Shown piece after piece: positions 56,858-64,000 of a DNA stretch of 64,000 nt. The stretch covers positions 624 to 64,623 of the forward strand of contig CAZGRP010000023.1 of NCBI GenBank assembly GCA_964527995.1. Direction: 5' to 3'. This DNA comes from an uncultured Cytophagia bacterium (GTDB taxonomy: Bacteria; Zhuqueibacterota; Zhuqueibacteria; Oceanimicrobiales; CAZGRP01). A program made the position numbers and the translations under genes. The notes below the pieces were generated by a model that worked only from the letters and a program-made list of their open reading frames with translations, ran no database searches and was not told the origin of the DNA. Position 1 is the stretch's first letter. Every line of letters begins with the position of its first letter.

Positions 56858-59311
56858 TCAGCTCCGATCGCTTGTTCCCGCACGCGAATCATACAAAGGC
56901 AAGAGTAGCGTAAATGTGCTGCCTTTCCCGACTCGACTCTTTACTCTGACGACACCGCCATGCTCATTGACAACCCGCTTGACAAAGGAGAGTCCAAGTC
57001 CGGTGCCGTTCGTCTTGGTTGTGAAGAATGGATCGAAGATGCGAGCCATGTGCTCCTCCGGAATGCCACAACCTGTGTCTGCGACCTCGACTCTCAGCAC
57101 GCGCGTGCCTTTCTTGAGGATGATCTCCTGAACCGCGACTCCTTCGGTGTCGGCCGCCATGCCGACTTCGCCGAGGTGGCGGAGCTGTTTCGTGAGTGTA
57201 TGCAGGCTCGAGCGCACGACGATCTTGCCTCTTTCGCGGATGGCCTGAGAAGCATTCAACAGCAGATTGAAGACCGCCTCTTTCATGTGGTCGCGGTCGA
57301 GCGGGATCAGCGGCACGTGCTCATCGAACTGCATTTCCAGCTCGATGCCGCTGCGAGCCACCTGATGCCGGGCGAACTCGACTGAATCGGTGAGGATGTC
57401 GTTGATGTTCGCCGGCTTCTTGTCGAGTGGCGCCGGCCGGGCCAGTTGCAGCAAATCGTCGACGACACGTTCCATGCGGTCGATCGAATCGAGGGCCACG
57501 CCGAGCGACTCGCGGTCCGATGGCTCCAGGCCTTCCGTCTCCGCCAGCAGTTGCAGAATCATCTGCACGGATGTGAGCGAGTTTCTCATCTCGTGGGCGA
57601 TGACGGCGGCGATCTCCCCGGTTGCAGCCAGTCGCTCGGAGCGGATGAGCTGGTCCTGAAGGCGCTTGCGCTCGGTGACGTCGGTTATGATCTCCAGGAC
57701 AGTGCTCACGCGGCCATCCGTCTTCAGCGGAACCGCCACATGCTCCAGGTAGCGCTCCTCTCCTTCGGCTCCGATACGTCGGACCAGTTGCGTCTCCATC
57801 CTGCCCGACTCGAATACACGGGCCGACGGACAAGAGGCGCAGGTCTCCATGTTGCCCATGACCTCATAGCAGCGGCGGCCGAGCAGGTCCTCGACTGGAG
57901 TGCCGGTAATGGAGCTGAGAGCGGCGCTGGCTGACAGAATTCGATGGTCGCGGTCCAGCAGCAGGAAGCCGCTTGGCACATTGTCGAGGATGACCTGGAG
58001 CTTGTTCTTCTGATCTCTCAGCTCCCGGGTGCGCTCCTGTACCATCTGTTCCAGGCGTTCGCGGTGCTGTGCCAGCTCGGCCTCGCGCTGTTCGAGCGAC
58101 TGTGCCATGAAATTGAACTGGCGGGCGAGTTCCTGAATCTCGTCGTGGGTCCTGATATCGACGCGGGCATGGAAGTCTCCCCTGGCCACTTCCTCGATCT
58201 CGCGCTGCAACTTCTGGATCGGGTCGGTGAACTGCCGGGTGGCGAGATAGGCAAGTGCGAGAGATACAAGCAGAAACAATCCGAGCAGACCCCAGAACAC
58301 CCTCTTGAATTTGGTTACTGGCGCAAAGATCGCTTCCTTGGGCACACTCTTTAGAAGGATGTACTGGCTGCCGGTCGTTCCGGCAGTGGTGAAAAGGGGA
58401 ACATGCGCTATCATCGCCCGGCTGCTTTCCAACAGCAGTGCAGAATTCGGATTCAGGAGCCTGTTGGTCAGCTCCGGGCCAAAATCGTGCTTCAAGTTTT
58501 CCGTAGCCTTGGAGGCGAGAAGGTGGTTCCACTCCTTCTTCTTTTCGGAATGGTAGAGGTAATACCCTTCGGCGTTGACCAGCATCACCGTGCCTGCGGA
58601 GATGTGGGGTGTCTTCTGTTCGATGATCTTGAAGAACCTCTTCGCGTAGATCTGCAGAATCAGGACACCGGAGAATTCCGGATCGTACACCGGGTAGACG
58701 CAACTGATAGCCGGCAGGGAACTGCTCGTCTGCACGTTCCACAATTCGACGGGCACGAAGGTGGCGCGGTTGGGTGGGATTCTTCCCGCAAGATAGAGGT
58801 AGAAGCGAGTTCCGGTGCGGTTCAGCTCGTCCCGAGAAAGAACGTAATATTCCCCGCTCCTCTTCTCAATGTTGAAAACCTCAACGCCGGTGGGATCGAT
58901 GAATTTGATCTGGTACAAGATGCCCTTGCGCCGGGCAAAGGCGCGAAGTTCCTGCAAAAGCTCGAGATCAGCGACCGACCGCGCCGCGGATGGATGTCTT
59001 GCCGTCGTCTGCAGGAAGCGCCGGAAAGATGCAGAGGCGGTGATAAAGTGGCCATTGTCTTCCATTTCCCCGAAGAAGGCTCCCAGGCGTTCTTTGATGG
59101 TGAGGAGGTCGTCGGTCAGATTCTCGACGGCGATTCGGCGCAGGGAGCTCACGTTGTAGGAAATCGCCAAGAGGCCGACGATGAGCACCGGCAGGATCGA
59201 CAGGCCGGCAAAGGCCACGACCAGCTTGCCGCGTATCTTCAGTCTGAGCGGTTTCTGAAGATCCAAACCCATAGCCATCCGGAGTGAGTGCAACCTTTTC
59301 TTTCGCCGCAA
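56858..59311 (-). CDS. Sensor histidine kinase (TM-Cache-like-TM-HAMP-PAS-HisKA-HATPase); start may be 59278/59272
   Basis: Two TM helices around a periplasmic domain, HAMP (DEIQELARQFN), PAS, AHEMRNSL, NLLLNA, DTGCGI and GTGLGL. Confidence 0.93.
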   Translation of the reverse strand: MRRKKRLHSLRMAMGLDLQKPLRLKIRGKLVVAFAGLSILPVLIVGLLAISYNVSSLRRIAVENLTDDLLTIKERLGAFFGEMEDNGHFITASASFRRFLQTTARHPSAARSVADLELLQELRAFARRKGILYQIKFIDPTGVEVFNIEKRSGEYYVLSRDELNRTGTRFYLYLAGRIPPNRATFVPVELWNVQTSSSLPAISCVYPVYDPEFSGVLILQIYAKRFFKIIEQKTPHISAGTVMLVNAEGYYLYHSEKKKEWNHLLASKATENLKHDFGPELTNRLLNPNSALLLESSRAMIAHVPLFTTAGTTGSQYILLKSVPKEAIFAPVTKFKRVFWGLLGLFLLVSLALAYLATRQFTDPIQKLQREIEEVARGDFHARVDIRTHDEIQELARQFNFMAQSLEQREAELAQHRERLEQMVQERTRELRDQKNKLQVILDNVPSGFLLLDRDHRILSASAALSSITGTPVEDLLGRRCYEVMGNMETCASCPSARVFESGRMETQLVRRIGAEGEERYLEHVAVPLKTDGRVSTVLEIITDVTERKRLQDQLIRSERLAATGEIAAVIAHEMRNSLTSVQMILQLLAETEGLEPSDRESLGVALDSIDRMERVVDDLLQLARPAPLDKKPANINDILTDSVEFARHQVARSGIELEMQFDEHVPLIPLDRDHMKEAVFNLLLNASQAIRERGKIVVRSSLHTLTKQLRHLGEVGMAADTEGVAVQEIILKKGTRVLRVEVADTGCGIPEEHMARIFDPFFTTKTNGTGLGLSFVKRVVNEHGGVVRVKSRVGKGSTFTLLLPLYDSRAGTSDRS

Positions 59312-59387
59312 TCGGGTTGGTTTTCTAAATTTACACTACCGTTTGGGCAACTCCAAGGGATTTTTCGGCTGTGGCGAACCAGTGGCG

Positions 59388-61343
59388 TCACGCTCGCAGC
59401 ATTCTCAGGCCACTGGCAATGACGGCGAACTCGCTGAGTTCATGCCCCAACACAGCAAGCGGGAGAGAAAAGGCACCGGCCACGGCGCCGACGACCAGGG
59501 CACCGATGACCAATGCGGAGAGGACCAGATTCTGATTCACGACAGACTGGTTGCGGCGGGCGAGCTGCAGGGCGTATACGACCTTCTCCAGGTCATCGGC
59601 CATGAGGACGACGTCGGCGGTCTCCATGGCCACGTCTGTTCCGGCGGCCCCCATGGCGATGCCGACGGTGGCCTCGGCCAGCGCCGGGGCGTCGTTCACG
59701 CCGTCGCCCACCATGGCCACGTGGCCGTGGCGCCGGGCAAGCTCGCGCACCCGGGCGACTTTGTCCTCCGGCTTCAGATCGGCGTAGACCTCATCGACGC
59801 CAAGCTCGCGGCCGATGGCCTGGGCCGTGCGGGCGTTGTCGCCGGTCAGCATGGCCACCTTGGCGACACCCATCCGGTGCAAGGCTTCGACAGCCTGGCG
59901 GGCGTTGGGGCGGAGGTTGTCGCGGACGGCGATCAGCCCCCATAGCGCTGTCTCATCGCCGACCAGTATCACCGTCTTGCCCTCGGCCTGGAGGCGGCGG
60001 ATGTCATCATCGGCGCAGTCCAACGGCACGCCCAGGCGGGACCGAAACAGATCCGGATTGCCGACGTAGACGGTGGAGCCGTTGAGGCAGGCCATGGCCC
60101 CGGCCCCGGTCAGGGCGCGGAAGTCGGCAACTTCGGCAGCAGTGACGCCTCGCTGTTCGGCGTGGCGCAAAATGGCTCGCGCCAGCGGGTGTTCGCTGCG
60201 GCGCTCGATTCCGGCGGCGATCGCCAGGACTCTTTCCGGCGATGGCTGAGCGTCGTGCCGGCCGCTGCCGCATGCCAGGACATCGGTCACCTCGGGCTCG
60301 CCGCGAGTGAGAGTGCCGGTCTTGTCGAGGGCGACCACTTCCACCTTCGCCAGCTCTTCGACGTACACGCCACCTTTGATCAGCACGCCCCGGCGGGCGG
60401 CCGTGCCAAGGGTGGCCACGAGCGTGATCGGGATGGAGATGACCAGGGCGCACGGCGCAGCAGCCACGATGAAGACCGTCGCCCGCGTGATCCACACCGC
60501 CCAGGAAGCGTCCAGCAGGATAGGAGGGAGGGCGGCGAGGAAGATGCCTGCCAGAAGGACCGCGGGGCTGTAGCGGGCTCCGAAACGCTCGATGAAGCGC
60601 TGACTCTTGCCCTTGCGCTCCTGCGCTTCCTCGACCATCTGGATGATGCGCGCCAGGGTGTTGTCGGCAAAGGTCTTGGTGGCCTGCACTTCGAGCACGC
60701 CCTGGCCGTTGATGCTGCCGGCGAGAACAAGGTCCCCGGGTTTCTTCTCCACCGGGATGCTCTCCCCGGTGATGGGCGCTTCATTGACGCTCGATGTGCC
60801 CACCACAACCACGCCGTCGGTGGCCAGGGCCTGCCCCGGCTTGACGATGAACAGGTCGCCGACCACGATCTCCTCAACCGGGATTTCCTCCTCGACCCCG
60901 TCGCGGCGGGCCAGGGCGGTCTTGGGCGCCAGGTCCATCAGGGCCTTGATCGCCGAGCGGGTTTTCTGCTCGGTATACCCCTCGGCAGCCTCGGAGATCG
61001 AGTAGAGGAAGACCAGCATGGCTCCTTCGGCAGCCTGCCCCATGATGGCAGAGACCACGGCCGCAACCATCATGAGCAGCTCGATGCCGACTTTGCGCTC
61101 GAAGACCAGCTCTTCGAGCGCCTCCCGTCCGAAGAAGTAGCCGCCCACGGCGATGGTGCCGAGGTAGAGAGCGAGGGAGGCCGCCTGCGGGCCGCCTGCC
61201 AGGCCCTGCAGCCAGCCAAGCAGCAGGAGCACGCCGGCGGCCACCGAGGTCAACACCTTGGGGTTGTGCCACGGCCTCGGCTGCCCCGCCAGGGCCATGC
61301 CCTCGTTCTCTCGGAGACCCTTCGATTCGAGTTTCTTTTTCAT
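59388..61343 (-). CDS. P1B-4-like heavy-metal ATPase (APC motif, no N-terminal metal-binding domain)
   Basis: TGES, AAAPCALVIS, DKTGT, SEHPL, GDGVNDAP and last TM GHELSE. Confidence 0.9.
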   Translation of the reverse strand: MKKKLESKGLRENEGMALAGQPRPWHNPKVLTSVAAGVLLLLGWLQGLAGGPQAASLALYLGTIAVGGYFFGREALEELVFERKVGIELLMMVAAVVSAIMGQAAEGAMLVFLYSISEAAEGYTEQKTRSAIKALMDLAPKTALARRDGVEEEIPVEEIVVGDLFIVKPGQALATDGVVVVGTSSVNEAPITGESIPVEKKPGDLVLAGSINGQGVLEVQATKTFADNTLARIIQMVEEAQERKGKSQRFIERFGARYSPAVLLAGIFLAALPPILLDASWAVWITRATVFIVAAAPCALVISIPITLVATLGTAARRGVLIKGGVYVEELAKVEVVALDKTGTLTRGEPEVTDVLACGSGRHDAQPSPERVLAIAAGIERRSEHPLARAILRHAEQRGVTAAEVADFRALTGAGAMACLNGSTVYVGNPDLFRSRLGVPLDCADDDIRRLQAEGKTVILVGDETALWGLIAVRDNLRPNARQAVEALHRMGVAKVAMLTGDNARTAQAIGRELGVDEVYADLKPEDKVARVRELARRHGHVAMVGDGVNDAPALAEATVGIAMGAAGTDVAMETADVVLMADDLEKVVYALQLARRNQSVVNQNLVLSALVIGALVVGAVAGAFSLPLAVLGHELSEFAVIASGLRMLRA

Positions 61344-61393
61344 CTCTGGGGGTTGTGATCTCTGGATCGTAGTAGGTTTCAACCTTCGCCGAG

Positions 61394-61555
61394 CTGGCGT
61401 GGGAAGAACATGATCACGTCTTACCATGCTTTGCCGGTTACTCCGTCTCGCGGCGACGCCCAGTCAGCGGCAAAGGCAGGATCGAAGTAGCGCTCGGGGA
61501 CCTGGAACTGCCGGCGGTGCAAATGGATTGTGTGCGGCAAGGTCACCCCCATCAT
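61394..61555 (-). pseudogene. Multicopper oxidase C-terminal fragment
   Basis: MMGVTLPHTIHLHRRQFQVPERYFDPAFAADWASPRDGVTGKAW*(TAA 61421-61423)DVIMFFP resembles HPxHxHG-xxFQV...GWKDTV of CueO-type oxidases. Confidence 0.5.
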
Positions 61556-61929
61556 GCCGCCAACGGCAATATAAGCGGTCAACCACCAAAAGGCAACCGG
61601 CTCCTTGTGGCTGTGGGGTCACAACGCCTGCTCACCTCGCTGCCTTGTACGTATCTTGATTGCGTCGACAACGTCGATGAAGCTGGGACGGACCGGAATG
61701 CCCCTCGTTTTGCCACTGCCAACGTACTGCGCCCAGAGAGGCCGAGGCCTGTCGGTTAGCTGAAAGGGAGGAATTGTGGGGAGATCAAAGCGAAGTGCGA
61801 GGCGGGCGAGGGAGGCGTTGGTCGACGTGCGTGCGCAGGCGGCGCCGATAACGAGCGTGCAAAGCGCACGCGTCGGCGCCGCTACCTGCCCGCTAGTCCC
61901 CCTTCTCGACATCGCGCGTCGGTTTTTCT

Positions 61930-64000
61930 TCACCCCTCGTTTTCGCGATTGCGCTTCTGCTCACGCCTCCCTGCTCTCCTCAGCTCCCACTCACGCCAAA
62001 CCATGTAGATTGCCGGAATGACGGCCAGCGTCAGAATGGTTGATGTCACCATCCCTCCGACCATGGGAGCAGCGATTCGCTTCATCACGTCGGCGCCGGT
62101 GCCAGTGGACCACATGATGGGCAGCAGACCGAGCAGGATGGCGGAGGCCGTCATCACCACCGGCCGTACCCTTTGTCCCGCACCCTCCGCGGCTGCAGCT
62201 CGCAAATCCTCTCGGGTGCGAAGCTGCTGGTTCTCACCTCGGCGGCGGTACGCTTCGTCCAGGAAGACCACCATCACCACACCGATTTCTGCTGACACTC
62301 CCGCAAGCGCGATGATGCCGACCCAAACCGCGATGCTGGTGTTGTAGCCCAGGACCCAGAGCAGCCAGAAAGCTCCCACCAGAGAAAAGGGTACAGAAAG
62401 AAGCACGATCAGCGTCTTGGGGACCGATTTGAAATTCAGATAGAGGAGCAAGAAGATGATGAGCAGGGTCACCGGTACCACGAGCTTGAGCTTCTCACGC
62501 AGCCGCAGCAGGTACTTGTACTGTCCTGCCCACTCCAGCGTGTACCCCGGTGGGATATCGACCGTTTTGAGGATGTATTGCTGGGCCTCGCGAACGTATC
62601 GTCCGTAGTCCTTCTCCCCTACGTCGACGAAGACGAAGCCGACTTTCGAGCCGCCCTCGTTGCGAATCGTCGGCGGGCCTGTCGTGGGAAAGATGTCTGC
62701 CAGTTGAGTGATGGGCACCTGAGCGCCCGTGGGGGCAGGAACGAGCACCCGCCGCAGCTTGTCGAGGTCATCGCGCAGCTCCCGGGGATAGCGCAGATTC
62801 ACGGGATAGCGCTCCTTTCCTTCGATGGTCTGCGTGATGTTCATGCCACCGATGGCGGTTTGGATGATCGCCTGCACGTCGCCGACAGTCAATCCATATC
62901 GGGCTGCCTCTTCTCGCCGGATCTTGAAGTCCACGAAGTAGCCGCCTGTCGTCCGCTCGGCAAAGGCGCTGCGAGTGCCGGGAAACTTCTGCAAGGCCTG
63001 CTCGATGTCCACGGCGATGCGCTCGATTTCGCGCAGGTCCGGTCCGAAGACCTTGATGCCAAGGTTGCTGCGGATGCCGGTGGTCAACATTTCAATGCGC
63101 GTCTGGATGGGCATCCACCAGATATTGGCCATCCCCGGGAATTTGAGTTTTTCGTCCATCTCGGCAATCAGCTTGTCCCACGTCATCCCTTTGCGCCACT
63201 GCTCTTTCGGTTTCAGCGTGATCGTGGTCTCCACCATGCTTAGCGGTGCCGGATCGGTGGCGCTGCGGGCCCGGCCGATCTTGCCGAACACTCGCTCCAC
63301 CTCCGGGAAGGTGGCCAGGATCTTGTCCTGGGTATGGAGGACCTTCTTTGCTTGCGAAGCCGGCATACCAGGGACGGAGGTCGGCATGTAGAGAATCGAC
63401 CCCTCGTTCAGCGGCGGCATGAACTCCGTGCCGAGGCTGTTGAAGATGGGGATCGTCGCAACCAGCAGAAGGCAAGCCACGGCGATGGTGGACTTCCTGA
63501 ACCTCAGCACCTTCTGGACGATCGGGCGGTAGAGGGTGATCAGCAGACGGTTGATAGGATTCTTCGCTTCGGGCGTGATTCGACCGCGAATCATCAGCAC
63601 CATCAACACTGGCACGAGCGTGACCGATACGAACGAGGCGAAGAACATGGCAAAGGTCTTGGTGAATGCCAGTGGCTTGAACAGGCGTCCTTCCTGGGCT
63701 TCGAGGCTGAAGACCGGGATGAAGGACACGGTGATAATCAGGAGGGAGAAGAAAAGTGGTTTGCCTACTTCCTTGGCTGCATTGATGACGATCCGAAAGT
63801 GTTTATCTCGGGTCAGCTCGACGCCCCGCTGCCGGGCCTGCTCGAGGCGTTTGTGGGCGTTCTCGATCATCACGATCGCTGCATCCACCATGGCACCGAT
63901 GGCGATGGCGATGCCGCCCAACGACATGATGTTGGAGGTCAGGCCCATGTAGTACATCGGAATGAACGACAGGAGAATGCCTACCGGCAGCGTCAAGATC
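61930..64000 (-). CDS. cusA: CusA/CzcA family heavy-metal RND efflux pump, 5' end outside window
   Basis: NIMSLGGIAIAIGAMVDAAIVMIENAHK, EAQEGRLFKPLAFTK, GTEFMPPLNEG, VWVGIIALAGV and ADVMKRIAAPMVGG. Confidence 0.94.
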   Translation of the reverse strand, partial: ILTLPVGILLSFIPMYYMGLTSNIMSLGGIAIAIGAMVDAAIVMIENAHKRLEQARQRGVELTRDKHFRIVINAAKEVGKPLFFSLLIITVSFIPVFSLEAQEGRLFKPLAFTKTFAMFFASFVSVTLVPVLMVLMIRGRITPEAKNPINRLLITLYRPIVQKVLRFRKSTIAVACLLLVATIPIFNSLGTEFMPPLNEGSILYMPTSVPGMPASQAKKVLHTQDKILATFPEVERVFGKIGRARSATDPAPLSMVETTITLKPKEQWRKGMTWDKLIAEMDEKLKFPGMANIWWMPIQTRIEMLTTGIRSNLGIKVFGPDLREIERIAVDIEQALQKFPGTRSAFAERTTGGYFVDFKIRREEAARYGLTVGDVQAIIQTAIGGMNITQTIEGKERYPVNLRYPRELRDDLDKLRRVLVPAPTGAQVPITQLADIFPTTGPPTIRNEGGSKVGFVFVDVGEKDYGRYVREAQQYILKTVDIPPGYTLEWAGQYKYLLRLREKLKLVVPVTLLIIFLLLYLNFKSVPKTLIVLLSVPFSLVGAFWLLWVLGYNTSIAVWVGIIALAGVSAEIGVVMVVFLDEAYRRRGENQQLRTREDLRAAAAEGAGQRVRPVVMTASAILLGLLPIMWSTGTGADVMKRIAAPMVGGMVTSTILTLAVIPAIYMVWREWELRRAGRREQKRNRENEG

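Overview
A GC-rich window from a diderm bacterium (porins, RND pump, lipoproteins); the lineage cannot be determined from sequence alone. It has five blocks. (1) 1-10.4 kb, accessory redox/metal genes: a formate dehydrogenase (alpha partial, beta, no gamma) with a cytidylate-kinase-like gene inserted; an apparently decaying Crp/Fnr-associated module with a TsdA/SoxA-like His/Cys cytochrome interrupted by an in-frame TGA and a 5'-truncated cupredoxin; and a putative metal-uptake operon led by a Cys-rich, polyproline-ended leader ORF with an overlapping terminator hairpin. (2) 10.7-33.4 kb, mostly housekeeping genes (fur, trxB, nfo, TIGR03960/03936-like radical SAM, mtaB, miaB, acyl-CoA dehydrogenase, rny, dxs, ccmE, ccmF, add, Ca/Na antiporter) with interspersed toxin-antitoxin cassettes. 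(3) 33.4-42.0 kb, an ECF sigma/anti-sigma-headed heavy-metal island whose P1B ATPase has non-canonical transmembrane ligands. (4) 42.4-45.8 kb, an HDOD-kinase-HDOD module with no response regulator. (5) 45.9-64 kb. This block holds the best candidate for an undescribed system: one operon encoding a Cyc2-like cytochrome-porin fusion, a type-1 copper protein, an NAD(P)/FAD/Fe-S oxidoreductase, a Rieske protein, split cytochrome b, an octaheme cytochrome c, a cNMP-binding protein and a monoheme cytochrome c. It lies just downstream of a sigma-54 two-component pair and could form a complete outer-membrane-to-NAD(P) electron conduit. A P1B-4-like ATPase, a multicopper-oxidase remnant and a partial cusA follow. 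No rRNA, tRNA, CRISPR array or transposase was recognised. All family assignments are motif recognition by eye, not database results.
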